From TPA_inf: Saccharomyces (lineage: Eukaryota), in NCBI GenBank assembly GCA_000146045.2, contig BK006938.2:96001-160000 (forward strand): a stretch of 64,000 nucleotides of DNA, given 5' to 3'. A program made the position numbers and the translations under genes. The notes under the pieces were generated by a model. The model saw only the letters and a program-made list of their open reading frames with translations. It was not told where the DNA came from and did no database searches. This document shows, piece by piece, positions 22,707-34,484 of this stretch. Within the stretch, counting starts at the first letter, position 1. Each line of letters begins with the position of its first letter.

Positions 22707-25592
22707 TCACTCGCTTGCTTTATGTTTTGCTTCTTCCTTTTTTTGTTTTTTGAAACAAAGAATCTTTTGCCTTAACTCTTCATTAGGTGTTACATCCTCT
22801 AGTTTTAAAGGCATTCTATTAAACGGGTCAGTAGAGTCACTAAGCAGATGTGCTTTGATCGTGCTTCTATCAATATTCATCTTGGATGCTGGTAAAATGA
22901 CAGGATCCTTCATAATTGTGTACATCAAAGGATCTAAGAACTCGTCAGGAACATCACCATACTCAAGATCTTCCTCTTCATCAGCCTTTCTTTGCTCTTC
23001 GGCTTTATTGGCAAAGTTCAATAGTTTTTCGATGAACTCTGGAGATGCTAAACCAGTTTTTCTACCAAGAATATCAACTGCGCGAACAAAGAGATTTCTA
23101 TTAAATGATCTTTCATCTTTAGCGACAGCACTGATGAACTCTGATTGCTCGGAAAGATTGATATAAACAGTTGTTAAGGCTTTCAACAAATCTTTTGGGT
23201 TGAATGAATAACTTTGTGGGTCTTTCACTTTTAGTTCCCCGCATTTGGGACCGACAAGTGACTCTAAGTTATAGTTTAGCATACTTGCCAGTCTATATAC
23301 GATTTCTGGTGTGACAAATGCAGCCGGTATATCCTTCGAATAGATTTCGAACAGTTTCATCGATTTATCGGCCAATCCACACGAGGACTTAGCTTGCCTG
23401 GAAGCAGACGCCAATCTTGTTTGTAGTTCTTTGTCCTCTTCCTCTCTTGTTGGTGGCGCGCCCCTTGCACGATTATCCAGCTCATTTTGGATATTATGCA
23501 CCTCAGCCAAATTACTTAGGCCTTCATCCAACAGGAAAGTCAAGTCATTCAACATACGAGCAACGAACCTCACAAAAAAGTCAGCATTGTTTTGAGACTG
23601 CCAGATCAATTGGTTTTTATAAGATGGTATCTTGTAATAAAGCTCCTCCAAAATTATTGATATGCTATATCTGCTGTTGAATTTATCGTAAAATTGTGAA
23701 GAAGAGCCTGTTTTTTCAACAATAACATAAAAGTCTAGTAGAGCATATAACAGATTCTTGTTAACTAATTCGTCGTGTTCGAATATATCCATCATGAATC
23801 CGGGGGAATTGTCTGTTAGAGGCATAGCACCAACGCTTAATAACTGCACTAATTTACCTTTTAAATGTGGGTTGGAAACCAATTCAGGACAACGGAGGAC
23901 CATTGTTGTAAACTCAACAAACGATCCCAGACGTGGATTTCTGAAGATTGGAGAGGTCTGGTACTTCGAAATGTATAGAGAATAGTTAACTGGACCTTCT
24001 ACAACAAATTCTGGATAGTATTTAAAAGGCACTGGAGCATGCGCTCTCAAAAAATCAGCGTTGTCCACGTTTTCAACACCTATTTGGTCCGGAATTAATG
24101 GCAATTTAATTTGTTTAAACGGAAATTCGTGTTCAGGATCCACAACACGAATCAAGAACGTAGATGCACCACAAATAAAGTCGAAAACCTCTAGTTGAAG
24201 AGATCTATGAGCGAAGAACCCTTGAAGAGCAAATCGCAAAGATTCTGTTGTTTTCAACGCCTTCTCCATCTTGGATAATTGTGCTGTAATGAATCTGGCA
24301 AAGACATCGTGGTTCGCAGCTATTTTCTTTACTTTTTCAATTTCTTCCTTTAACGCTTTGATTTCAGATCCCATCTTCTCTTCAAATGATAATGTACCTC
24401 CCAGACCATAATGCAAATAGGTTAATGTCAAGAAAAAGCAATCAGAGATGAAGTTTGGCTTAGAATCTGCTGTTTTTCTGTTCTTGTCATAAAATGCATC
24501 TGCCTCTTTAAAATCAGAATTTAATCGTGTTTCCCCTGATAAATCAATAAATAAACTTGGGTTGTTGAAGTAATTTGCGTCGATCTTGTCGATTTTCTTA
24601 TATGAAATATCTAGAAATGGTTGAGAAAATCTAACCAATAACAAAGTGATATTGGACATAAATCCGTTAGAGGATAGTTCTTTGAATGGTGGATGATCGG
24701 CTCTACGTAAATGGTTTTTATTAGCGATATGGGCAAAATAACTAATCATATCAGTCCTTGAGTTTAAGGAGCCACGAACAAGCTTATCGACAATAAAAAA
24801 GAGTCTATCTATGACAACTTTATGCTCAGCTTGTAGAGATTCATGGATCATGGCTGTCTGTTGTTTGGAACGCAAAAGGTTATCGCCGTAGTTCCGGATT
24901 GCCACAGCAGCTTCTATGGGAGAAAGAGATAAAATAGGCCCCAATATCGTTTTCCTTTCAAAATCCTGTGGTTTACAGCTATAGTCTGCAAAAAAACCAT
25001 CTATTTTAGTGAATATTTCTGCAATAGGTTTAAATGTAACAAATAACTCAAAAATGGTAAGAACGTTATTGTAAATTACAGATTCGTTCAAATCAAAATG
25101 GCTGACATGTTTATTACAGTATTCTAATAATGTCGGGAAAACAGCGTTAAGTAAATCCAAAGCGGTACCTTCTAATATGGCTCTTTGAATGATTTGGGAA
25201 AGGAAATCAGTATATGAGTTAACGTTAGAAACAATTCCAGTGATATAATTGATGAAAGCACCATTCATGCAAAAGTTTTCTATTTGTAAGGCAACGACAC
25301 CATAGCCAATGACAAGACGATCAATCTCTTGGAAAGTGGAATGTAATGACTCAGCATTTGGCTTGTTTTTGGTGATTCTTTTTTGTTGCTGATTACGGCG
25401 AAAGCAATCGTTCAAATATTCAAACGGTTTATCCAACTTCTCATTCTCGGTGAGTTGATATAATAGTAGCGTATCAATAAAATCAACTCCAAGAGTTGAG
25501 CCTTGAGGCACTTCCTCGGACTTCAATAGAGAGTAGCCACGGGTATCGGAAGGATCGGTGGTGATTTGTAAAATATCTTCTATGGCGGTCAT
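22707..25592 (-). CDS. UFD2: Ubiquitin chain-elongation E4 enzyme with C-terminal U-box, YDL190C
   Basis: 961 aa, ATG complement at 25590-25592. Ufd2 core with a C-terminal U-box region (…DEFLDPLMYTIMKDPVILPASKMNIDRSTIKAHLLSDSTDPFNRMPL…). Confidence 0.9.
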   Translation of the reverse strand: MTAIEDILQITTDPSDTRGYSLLKSEEVPQGSTLGVDFIDTLLLYQLTENEKLDKPFEYLNDCFRRNQQQKRITKNKPNAESLHSTFQEIDRLVIGYGVVALQIENFCMNGAFINYITGIVSNVNSYTDFLSQIIQRAILEGTALDLLNAVFPTLLEYCNKHVSHFDLNESVIYNNVLTIFELFVTFKPIAEIFTKIDGFFADYSCKPQDFERKTILGPILSLSPIEAAVAIRNYGDNLLRSKQQTAMIHESLQAEHKVVIDRLFFIVDKLVRGSLNSRTDMISYFAHIANKNHLRRADHPPFKELSSNGFMSNITLLLVRFSQPFLDISYKKIDKIDANYFNNPSLFIDLSGETRLNSDFKEADAFYDKNRKTADSKPNFISDCFFLTLTYLHYGLGGTLSFEEKMGSEIKALKEEIEKVKKIAANHDVFARFITAQLSKMEKALKTTESLRFALQGFFAHRSLQLEVFDFICGASTFLIRVVDPEHEFPFKQIKLPLIPDQIGVENVDNADFLRAHAPVPFKYYPEFVVEGPVNYSLYISKYQTSPIFRNPRLGSFVEFTTMVLRCPELVSNPHLKGKLVQLLSVGAMPLTDNSPGFMMDIFEHDELVNKNLLYALLDFYVIVEKTGSSSQFYDKFNSRYSISIILEELYYKIPSYKNQLIWQSQNNADFFVRFVARMLNDLTFLLDEGLSNLAEVHNIQNELDNRARGAPPTREEEDKELQTRLASASRQAKSSCGLADKSMKLFEIYSKDIPAAFVTPEIVYRLASMLNYNLESLVGPKCGELKVKDPQSYSFNPKDLLKALTTVYINLSEQSEFISAVAKDERSFNRNLFVRAVDILGRKTGLASPEFIEKLLNFANKAEEQRKADEEEDLEYGDVPDEFLDPLMYTIMKDPVILPASKMNIDRSTIKAHLLSDSTDPFNRMPLKLEDVTPNEELRQKILCFKKQKKEEAKHKASE

Positions 25593-26215
25593 GATCTATG
25601 GAATGAGGGTTCTACTTTCAAAGTTAACTTTTCCCCTTAAACAACTTGTGGTCAACTTTACCTTTCTATTGGCTGACACAATTCTCAAAGATATAATTAA
25701 CGTTTACTGTGGCAACAGCAAGTGGTTGAGTCTAAAAATGTGAATAAAATGGCAATTACTTAATGATTAACAATGATTGCGGCGTACACCTCTATTATTT
25801 TGTTGCCAATGGTTAGAATCTACCTTTGATCTTCAATTCACCTTTTGTAATAAAGACAGACTATCGCCTCTGACGAATACTGACAAAATAGCGTCCTCGA
25901 CGAAAGGATGAATCGTTAAGCGCAAAATAATATTGATATAATAAGAATATCGATTAAGAAGCGTTGGCTAGTGTCATATGCGGGTTAGCCTATCTGTTTC
26001 TTCTTTCTTTCACATACAACTCGACAAGTTTTGGCGTAGGCAATTGAGCCATATTGTACCAGCAAGCCGTGGTGACAGTATGTTGAAACGTGCATCTTAT
26101 AATGGGCGCACGATTTATTTTATTTTAATTAATTTTTTAGTTATTTCGTATCGTACTAACAACTAAGATATTCAAGTCTCTTCAAGTATATAAGGAGTTA
26201 GGGCAGAAGTAGGTG

Positions 26216-27589
26216 ATGACAGCACTAGATTCTCGAAACTGGGGATTGACACCCGCTATGGAAACGGGCTTGTTCCAGAAACCACAGGACCGTATCTTTA
26301 TAATAGAGCTGGAAAATTCCATAGTGTCATTCATAAACTCAAACACAGAATCATTTCAGCTAAGACCGATGAATTCATATTATAGGCTTCTATCGCACCA
26401 AATAGCTGAGTACCACAACTTGAACCATGTTTTGGCAAGAACTCAAGATAGTTGTGTGATTCTTTTCAAAGGTGAGAATTTCCAAAAGATTGAAGGAAAG
26501 CCACTCTTACAAGAGTTGCAGCTGAACAAAAAACCGGAAGAGTGTGCTTCCTCAAGTGAGAGTATTGAAAAATCGAACAATAACAGAATATTTCGAATCT
26601 TAAAGCGGAAAGAGGTAGGTAACGAGTGCGATTATAAAATCGATGGCAATACACGTACACCAAATAGCAATTTGACAGCCAATTCAAATAAGGACCAAAA
26701 AATCGAAATCGATGATAAATCTAGTACTGATTTGGAACAAGAAAGAATTGAGAAGGAAAGACTTTATGAACAACGTAAACAAGAAATTTTTGATAAGCTC
26801 AACAAGAGTGAAGACGATGTAAAGTCAACCAACAGTAGCGGTAGTAGTGATAGTGACAATGAATGGAGTGATTGGTTGAACGGAGATGACTCTAACACAC
26901 AAACTAGTAACGGTTCAGTTAGCTCTTCATCACCATTCAATTCATCTGTGACGACGATACAAGTAAACAAACCTCAACAACAATTTTATGATAGTCGAAG
27001 AGGAAGAGGAGGAAGAAGAAGAGGAACAAACAATTACAAAGATGCCTATAGAGGCCAAAGTCGTCGGAATAAAGAAAACGGCGGTTACCAATCGGGATAT
27101 TCTTCGCCATATCTTGTGTATCCTCCTCCCCAAATGGGTGGCAATAGTCTGCCAACCTACCCTCTAATGTATAACCCCGCTGGTCCTGCCCCCGGTCCTG
27201 CACCTTCACCCATGGTAATGGGCAATAACACAGTCTTCATGAACCCTTACATGTACAATATGAATCCCCAAGGGTCCTGTTCGTTTGGCACCCCAATCCC
27301 TATGTATCCCCCATACCAATATCAATATCAATACCAATATAACACTCAGTATCACAGCGGGCCATATAGCAATACACCAAGCTATAATTCTAACAATTAC
27401 ACAAGATCCTCAGCAAATAAGTACCACCATTTTCAAGGAAAAAATTCATATTCTGGTGCGATTCCGAAACGTAGTGATGACAGTAACAGTAATAAGAATG
27501 AGGGAATTCGTAGGGCTAGTGTTGAGGGTTCGCCGTCATCTAGGGATACTGATTCGGTAGAGATGAAATTTGATAAATTAAACATTTAG
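26216..27589 (+). CDS. RBS1: R3H-domain protein with a Q/N/Y-rich C-terminus, YDL189W
   Basis: The track ORF starts at GTG (26213). The first ATG is at 26216, giving 457 aa. The C-terminal half is low-complexity (RRGRGGRRRG, YPPYQYQYQYQY, N/S/Y-rich). Confidence 0.8.
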   Translation: MTALDSRNWGLTPAMETGLFQKPQDRIFIIELENSIVSFINSNTESFQLRPMNSYYRLLSHQIAEYHNLNHVLARTQDSCVILFKGENFQKIEGKPLLQELQLNKKPEECASSSESIEKSNNNRIFRILKRKEVGNECDYKIDGNTRTPNSNLTANSNKDQKIEIDDKSSTDLEQERIEKERLYEQRKQEIFDKLNKSEDDVKSTNSSGSSDSDNEWSDWLNGDDSNTQTSNGSVSSSSPFNSSVTTIQVNKPQQQFYDSRRGRGGRRRGTNNYKDAYRGQSRRNKENGGYQSGYSSPYLVYPPPQMGGNSLPTYPLMYNPAGPAPGPAPSPMVMGNNTVFMNPYMYNMNPQGSCSFGTPIPMYPPYQYQYQYQYNTQYHSGPYSNTPSYNSNNYTRSSANKYHHFQGKNSYSGAIPKRSDDSNSNKNEGIRRASVEGSPSSRDTDSVEMKFDKLNI

Positions 27590-27864
27590 CGTGAGGAGTG
27601 AACTATACATAGCGAAAAAATTACGTAACGGTTTATAGAAATTCTAGTATGAGAACAGTAATATATGAGAAAAAGTTGTTTTCACTTTGTGTTCGAAAAA
27701 ATAAGTATTTGAAAACGAAAAAATAGTTTGTATGTTTGTATATAAGTTGTTATTATCAAAAATTAGAGGGAAAAAGTAACTAAATATATATTAAAAAAAA
27801 AAAAAAAATAAATGTATGTTGGAATGAAATAGCGTAGTAAGGATAAAGGTGTAATAGATATATA

Positions 27865-28998
27865 TTATAAGAAATAATCCGGTGTCTTCCTGGTGACGGT
27901 TGGTTCACCGGGTCTCACAGATGGATCGTATTGTAAGAATTGCCTATTATGGTTTTCATCCACCTCCATAATAGCGGCCTGGTTACCACATCTATAACAA
28001 TAATTTGGAGCACTGAAAATGGTGACAACATTTTGCTGGTGAGACCAAGAATATCCTTCCATTACCAATTGGTGAGCTCTTGCTATTAGTGATAGGTCAT
28101 TAGTGTGATTGAATTGCTCACTGATGTCTTGACCAAAAGTGAAGCCTGCACCTCTCGGACTGATTCCCCATCCGCCTCTATCATCAGGATCGGACCATAG
28201 AAGGTCACACATTGGACCTTCGTGAGGCACTTCCTGTATTCTATTTAAATCTCTAACTTGATCTATTGTCTCTATCATGGGTGAGAGACCTCCATGCAAA
28301 CAGAAGATTTTATTATCCACCAAGGCAGTAACGGGGAAATAATCGAATAGATCGGTAAACATTTTCCACACGTTCGCACTGCCGTACTTTCTCAAACATT
28401 CGTCATAAAACCCATATACTTGGGTAATCTGCCTAGACTCGTGATTGCCCCTAAGTATAGTAATTCTATGTGGATATCTGACTTTCATGGCAACTAGGTA
28501 AGATACGGTCTCAACAGAATAATATCCTCTATCCACGTAATCACCCATGAAAAGGTAATTGGTGTCAGGACAAGGACCACCAATCTTGAAAAGTTCTAAC
28601 AAGTCATGGAATTGACCGTGTACGTCACCACAAATGGTAACAGGCACGTTAATTGGTTTAACATTCTCCTCGAACTGCAACACGTCCACCGCCATTTTAC
28701 ATAGTCGTGCTACATCGTCTTCTGATAGTGGCTCGCATTTACTCAAATGCTCAATCCATTGGTCAAGCTGATTTATATTTGTATTGGTCAGTTTTAGTGG
28801 TTTGGAGGATTTATGATCTGCTATACCCGAGGACCCCGGTTTAAAATTAAAATCTTCCAACTCTTCATCTGTGTCTTCGTCATTAGAACGCGCCTTCGTA
28901 TTATTTTTGCCGTCATCACTATTCATGTCTTCGTCGAGAGTCGGTGATAATTGATCTTCATCTGAACCATGCATAGGGTCATCAATTTCCATATCCAT
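27865..28998 (-). CDS. PPH22: Protein phosphatase 2A catalytic subunit, YDL188C
   Basis: 377 aa, ATG complement at 28996-28998. PPP motifs GDVHGQ, GDYVDRG and RGNHE and the C-terminal tail TPDYFL. An acidic N-terminal extension of about 70 aa is typical of Pph21/Pph22. The 377-aa length and context favour PPH22. Confidence 0.9.
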
Positions 28999-29615
28999 TT
29001 TTTTCGAATGAAAGCCAGTTATACAGAAGTGCCAATAATATAAAATTCAAAAAAAGACGTAACAGGAACAATAACCGGAAAGGAAAGAGAGCAGGTAGGA
29101 CAAGAAGTAAACGGGTTTGCGTGTTCTTGTTCGAACACTGTTTTGCAGCGGGCTGGTACCTTAAGAAGTTTGCTCTAGTTACAGCCCTTCAATTGGTTTT
29201 ATAAAATGGGGATGTCCCTTTGAAACTTTCCACGACTCTTTTCCACAATTCAGCGGAAAAGAAAATAATAACCTCTTCTAGATTACCCGGTCATGTCAGG
29301 GTAATACACGATTGTATTTCAAAGTGCACAACGACTATTGTTGTCGTATAAGCTTTTGGATTAATCTTAGCATTAATTGATACATAATTCCGCAAGAAGA
29401 AGTTTTAGGAGAATAGAGTTTCGCTTCTTTTATTAATATTCTGTCCTGTGTCACAAAATATTGTAATAATTTGGTGCGGTGTATGGGTTCAAGTTCCCAA
29501 AAAAACAACTAATTTGCGACACTTCGTAGTTCTGTGCTTTTATATGGAATATACTTGTGGACTCTATTCCTGGATGTAGATTTGCTTACAGATAGCCAAG
29601 AAATATTAGAAAAAT

Positions 29616-30449
29616 ATGCAGTGTAACACAAGTATAGAAGATGGTTTAGATGGGGGCGACATAACTTTCCCATCCTACAGCCCTGAAGCGGAGGCTCAAA
29701 ACAGATTCTTACCAAGAAGTGAGTTCCCCTCTGTGAGGCAACTCGTGATTTCGAAACAAAAAAGCAGAAGAAGAAGAGAAGAAAATGTATTTGTGGGAAA
29801 AATGGAGGACGTACTTGTAAAATGGAGGCCACCTGCATCTTCACATCGTGGCGCAATTGAAGCTATTAATGGCACGCATCCATATCAGCTTAGCACAGCA
29901 CAATTCAACTCGAGAAGATCGGATCCATTTGGTTCAACAAAGAGAGATGAATCCGTGCGTTCCATTGTAGAATCGTTTACCGATTGGTGGAAACGCAATT
30001 CCAAAATGTTTTTTCGTGACGAGGAAGAAGGTGTACGAACCGAACACAGTGCGAGTCAAGATGACCAAGAGTTGCAGCTTTTCGAAGAAGATCTCTTCTC
30101 ATTTCACCTAAGCCCAAATGATATGTCAACCAGGAACAGCGAACATCAAGTGCAAACACCGGTGCTTTTCCCGTACGAAGCTCCTACTCGAACAAAACAA
30201 AACCCAGCAGAAAGAAAAGTCATTGAAATTGGGGACGGCGAAGAACTCTCTATCTATCGAGATGTTTATTCCAATCCTATTCCTGTCAGCTACCTAGATA
30301 CCTTAAACTTGAACCACTCCATGTCTGTACGGCAAACACAACAGCAACAACAACAGCGGCAACAGCAGCAGTATGTAGACTCTTCATCGGCATTTCAATG
30401 CTGTACAGACTCCAATTGGGCGAGAATATTTTTTTGCCACCACGATTAG
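29616..30449 (+). CDS. Uncharacterised protein YDL186W
   Basis: 277-aa ORF, ATG at 29616. Poly-Q/CAA-CAG tract near the C-terminus ([13 protein letters not shown]). No recognisable domain. Position between PPH22 and VMA1 matches YDL186W. Confidence 0.7.
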
Positions 30450-30537
30450 ACTCCACTTTGCTTCTATAGTCCTATCTATTGTTCTTTTTATTCCTAGCAT
30501 AACCTTATTGTATTGTTCTTTTTCTTTTTCCTTTTTC

Positions 30538-30575
30538 TTTTTTTTTTTTTTTTTTTTTTTTTTTTCACATCTTTT
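30538..30575. repeat. 38-nt homopolymeric poly(dT:dA) tract
   Basis: An uninterrupted T run between the YDL186W 3' end and the VMA1 promoter. It creates the spurious poly-Lys ORF 30384-30590 on the minus strand. Confidence 0.95.
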
Positions 30576-30786
30576 TCCACGGCCGCTCAAAGGGGTCTCA
30601 CACTGGATTAAAAGCTGAAAACAAGAAATGGCTCTTTCGATAAGGTTGCAACATTTTGATTACTACGTTGATTAGAATAAAAAGTACCAAACACATTTCT
30701 CAAAGCATATAGATATCTAAGATTATAACGCAGGAGTCGTTCTTTCATTCTTAGAGTTAAAAAGCAAATAGAGAAGAAAAGAAACA

Positions 30787-33700
30787 ATGGCTGGTGCAAT
30801 TGAAAACGCTCGTAAGGAAATAAAAAGAATCTCATTAGAAGACCATGCTGAATCTGAATATGGTGCCATCTATTCTGTCTCTGGTCCGGTCGTCATTGCT
30901 GAAAATATGATTGGTTGTGCCATGTACGAATTGGTCAAGGTCGGTCACGATAACCTGGTGGGTGAAGTCATTAGAATTGACGGTGACAAGGCCACCATCC
31001 AAGTTTACGAAGAAACTGCAGGCCTTACGGTCGGTGACCCTGTTTTGAGAACAGGTAAGCCTCTGTCGGTAGAATTGGGTCCTGGTCTGATGGAAACCAT
31101 TTACGATGGTATTCAAAGACCTTTGAAAGCCATTAAGGAAGAATCGCAATCGATTTATATCCCAAGAGGTATTGACACTCCAGCTTTGGATAGGACTATC
31201 AAGTGGCAATTTACTCCGGGAAAGTTTCAAGTCGGCGATCATATTTCCGGTGGTGATATTTACGGTTCCGTTTTTGAGAATTCGCTAATTTCAAGCCATA
31301 AGATTCTTTTGCCACCAAGATCAAGAGGTACAATCACTTGGATTGCTCCAGCTGGTGAGTACACTTTGGATGAGAAGATTTTGGAAGTTGAATTTGATGG
31401 CAAGAAGTCTGATTTCACTCTTTACCATACTTGGCCTGTTCGTGTTCCAAGACCAGTTACTGAAAAGTTATCTGCTGACTATCCTTTGTTAACAGGTCAA
31501 AGAGTTTTGGATGCTTTGTTTCCTTGTGTTCAAGGTGGTACGACATGTATTCCAGGTGCTTTTGGTTGTGGTAAGACCGTTATCTCTCAATCTTTGTCCA
31601 AGTACTCCAATTCTGACGCCATTATCTATGTCGGGTGCTTTGCCAAGGGTACCAATGTTTTAATGGCGGATGGGTCTATTGAATGTATTGAAAACATTGA
31701 GGTTGGTAATAAGGTCATGGGTAAAGATGGCAGACCTCGTGAGGTAATTAAATTGCCCAGAGGAAGAGAAACTATGTACAGCGTCGTGCAGAAAAGTCAG
31801 CACAGAGCCCACAAAAGTGACTCAAGTCGTGAAGTGCCAGAATTACTCAAGTTTACGTGTAATGCGACCCATGAGTTGGTTGTTAGAACACCTCGTAGTG
31901 TCCGCCGTTTGTCTCGTACCATTAAGGGTGTCGAATATTTTGAAGTTATTACTTTTGAGATGGGCCAAAAGAAAGCCCCCGACGGTAGAATTGTTGAGCT
32001 TGTCAAGGAAGTTTCAAAGAGCTACCCAATATCTGAGGGGCCTGAGAGAGCCAACGAATTAGTAGAATCCTATAGAAAGGCTTCAAATAAAGCTTATTTT
32101 GAGTGGACTATTGAGGCCAGAGATCTTTCTCTGTTGGGTTCCCATGTTCGTAAAGCTACCTACCAGACTTACGCTCCAATTCTTTATGAGAATGACCACT
32201 TTTTCGACTACATGCAAAAAAGTAAGTTTCATCTCACCATTGAAGGTCCAAAAGTACTTGCTTATTTACTTGGTTTATGGATTGGTGATGGATTGTCTGA
32301 CAGGGCAACTTTTTCGGTTGATTCCAGAGATACTTCTTTGATGGAACGTGTTACTGAATATGCTGAAAAGTTGAATTTGTGCGCCGAGTATAAGGACAGA
32401 AAAGAACCACAAGTTGCCAAAACTGTTAATTTGTACTCTAAAGTTGTCAGAGGTAATGGTATTCGCAATAATCTTAATACTGAGAATCCATTATGGGACG
32501 CTATTGTTGGCTTAGGATTCTTGAAGGACGGTGTCAAAAATATTCCTTCTTTCTTGTCTACGGACAATATCGGTACTCGTGAAACATTTCTTGCTGGTCT
32601 AATTGATTCTGATGGCTATGTTACTGATGAGCATGGTATTAAAGCAACAATAAAGACAATTCATACTTCTGTCAGAGATGGTTTGGTTTCCCTTGCTCGT
32701 TCTTTAGGCTTAGTAGTCTCGGTTAACGCAGAACCTGCTAAGGTTGACATGAATGGCACCAAACATAAAATTAGTTATGCTATTTATATGTCTGGTGGAG
32801 ATGTTTTGCTTAACGTTCTTTCGAAGTGTGCCGGCTCTAAAAAATTCAGGCCTGCTCCCGCCGCTGCTTTTGCACGTGAGTGCCGCGGATTTTATTTCGA
32901 GTTACAAGAATTGAAGGAAGACGATTATTATGGGATTACTTTATCTGATGATTCTGATCATCAGTTTTTGCTTGCCAACCAGGTTGTCGTCCATAATTGC
33001 GGAGAAAGAGGTAATGAAATGGCAGAAGTCTTGATGGAATTCCCAGAGTTATATACTGAAATGAGCGGTACTAAAGAACCAATTATGAAGCGTACTACTT
33101 TGGTCGCTAATACATCTAACATGCCGGTTGCAGCCAGAGAAGCTTCTATTTACACTGGTATCACTCTTGCAGAATACTTCAGAGATCAAGGTAAAAATGT
33201 TTCTATGATTGCAGACTCTTCTTCAAGATGGGCTGAAGCTTTGAGAGAAATTTCTGGTCGTTTGGGTGAGATGCCTGCTGATCAAGGTTTCCCAGCTTAT
33301 TTGGGTGCTAAGTTGGCCTCCTTTTACGAAAGAGCCGGTAAAGCTGTTGCTTTAGGTTCCCCAGATCGTACTGGTTCCGTTTCCATCGTTGCTGCCGTTT
33401 CGCCAGCCGGTGGTGATTTCTCAGATCCTGTTACTACTGCTACATTGGGTATCACTCAAGTCTTTTGGGGTTTAGACAAGAAATTGGCTCAAAGAAAGCA
33501 TTTCCCATCTATCAACACATCTGTTTCTTACTCCAAATACACTAATGTCTTGAACAAGTTTTATGATTCCAATTACCCTGAATTTCCTGTTTTAAGAGAT
33601 CGTATGAAGGAAATTCTATCAAACGCTGAAGAATTAGAACAAGTTGTTCAATTAGTTGGTAAATCGGCCTTGTCTGATAGTGATAAGATTACTTTGGATG

Positions 33701-34002
33701 TTGCCACTTTAATCAAGGAAGATTTCTTGCAACAAAATGGTTACTCCACTTATGATGCTTTCTGTCCAATTTGGAAGACATTTGATATGATGAGAGCCTT
33801 CATCTCGTATCATGACGAAGCTCAAAAAGCTGTTGCTAATGGTGCCAACTGGTCAAAACTAGCTGACTCTACTGGTGACGTTAAGCATGCCGTTTCTTCA
33901 TCTAAATTTTTTGAACCAAGCAGGGGTGAAAAGGAAGTCCATGGCGAATTCGAAAAATTGTTGAGCACTATGCAAGAAAGATTTGCTGAATCTACCGATT
34001 AA
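30787..34002 (+). CDS. VMA1: Vacuolar H+-ATPase catalytic subunit A precursor containing the VDE intein, YDL185W
   Basis: 1071-aa precursor. The N-extein carries a Walker A motif (GAFGCGKT). The intein runs Cys284..Asn737 and the C-extein resumes [11 protein letters not shown]... Spliced Vma1 would be 617 aa. Confidence 0.97.
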   Translation: MAGAIENARKEIKRISLEDHAESEYGAIYSVSGPVVIAENMIGCAMYELVKVGHDNLVGEVIRIDGDKATIQVYEETAGLTVGDPVLRTGKPLSVELGPGLMETIYDGIQRPLKAIKEESQSIYIPRGIDTPALDRTIKWQFTPGKFQVGDHISGGDIYGSVFENSLISSHKILLPPRSRGTITWIAPAGEYTLDEKILEVEFDGKKSDFTLYHTWPVRVPRPVTEKLSADYPLLTGQRVLDALFPCVQGGTTCIPGAFGCGKTVISQSLSKYSNSDAIIYVGCFAKGTNVLMADGSIECIENIEVGNKVMGKDGRPREVIKLPRGRETMYSVVQKSQHRAHKSDSSREVPELLKFTCNATHELVVRTPRSVRRLSRTIKGVEYFEVITFEMGQKKAPDGRIVELVKEVSKSYPISEGPERANELVESYRKASNKAYFEWTIEARDLSLLGSHVRKATYQTYAPILYENDHFFDYMQKSKFHLTIEGPKVLAYLLGLWIGDGLSDRATFSVDSRDTSLMERVTEYAEKLNLCAEYKDRKEPQVAKTVNLYSKVVRGNGIRNNLNTENPLWDAIVGLGFLKDGVKNIPSFLSTDNIGTRETFLAGLIDSDGYVTDEHGIKATIKTIHTSVRDGLVSLARSLGLVVSVNAEPAKVDMNGTKHKISYAIYMSGGDVLLNVLSKCAGSKKFRPAPAAAFARECRGFYFELQELKEDDYYGITLSDDSDHQFLLANQVVVHNCGERGNEMAEVLMEFPELYTEMSGTKEPIMKRTTLVANTSNMPVAAREASIYTGITLAEYFRDQGKNVSMIADSSSRWAEALREISGRLGEMPADQGFPAYLGAKLASFYERAGKAVALGSPDRTGSVSIVAAVSPAGGDFSDPVTTATLGITQVFWGLDKKLAQRKHFPSINTSVSYSKYTNVLNKFYDSNYPEFPVLRDRMKEILSNAEELEQVVQLVGKSALSDSDKITLDVATLIKEDFLQQNGYSTYDAFCPIWKTFDMMRAFISYHDEAQKAVANGANWSKLADSTGDVKHAVSSSKFFEPSRGEKEVHGEFEKLLSTMQERFAESTD
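31636..32997 (+). mobile_element. VDE: VDE / PI-SceI intein (454 aa) encoding a LAGLIDADG homing endonuclease
   Basis: In-frame insertion bounded by G|[13 protein letters not shown] at its N-terminus and VVVHN|CGER at its C-terminus. The Cys1 codon TGC is at 31636-31638, the terminal Asn codon AAT at 32995-32997 and the +1 Cys at 32998-33000. Two LAGLIDADG motifs are present: LLGLWIGDG and [12 protein letters not shown]. Confidence 0.95.
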
Positions 34003-34406
34003 GATATATGTAGCATTTATCTTCTGGTATATTTGTTAGATGTCTTTTCTTCGTATTTCAAAAAATTTATATAGGCGTATGTTAATAAGATAAAAAATAA
34101 TTAAAGGAAATTAACAGATGTACCTCAATGAAATGACACAGTAACATAATACAAGACTTGCCAAGCACAATTACAATGATAAATAACTTTTGTTTTCAAA
34201 AAAACGGACAATTGATTAAACTATGTGAGACATATATAAAGCACTATATAAATAGTAGGCAATGGTTTACACCCCACCGTGAGATTAGTATGCAATTTAG
34301 ATCCATTATGAGGTAGAATAGAAACTAACATGTTAATTCATCAATGACATTACGATACTCTTGAAAGAATTTAAAACAAAATTAGAGTTATTTACTCATA
34401 ATCCGC

Positions 34407-34484
34407 TTATTTGGATCTGGCTCTCACCTTCCGTCTCTTTCTCTTAAGTCTTCTAGTTCTCTTCTTTCTCCACTTGGCTCTCAT
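34407..34484 (-). CDS. RPL41A: Ribosomal protein L41 (eL41), 25 aa, YDL184C
   Basis: The reverse complement reads ATG AGA GCC AAG TGG AGA AAG AAG AGA ACT AGA AGA CTT AAG AGA AAG AGA CGG AAG GTG AGA GCC AGA TCC AAA TAA. That is [25 protein letters not shown]. It is too short for the ORF track. Confidence 0.9.

Noticed and set aside
27818-27835. TGTTGGAAT resemblance to a Ty1 delta LTR terminus
   Set aside because: Only about 10 bp match. There is no LTR-length element, no target-site duplication and no matching 3' terminus. It is a chance match in A/T-rich 3' UTR DNA.
29509-29856. 115-aa - strand ORF overlapping the 5' end of YDL186W (YDL187C-like)
   Set aside because: It overlaps YDL186W on the opposite strand and has no conserved features. 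This is a typical antisense chance ORF.
30384-30590. 68-aa - strand ORF with a KKKKKKKKKKK stretch
   Set aside because: It is an artefact of the 38-nt poly(dT) tract read as AAA codons on the minus strand.
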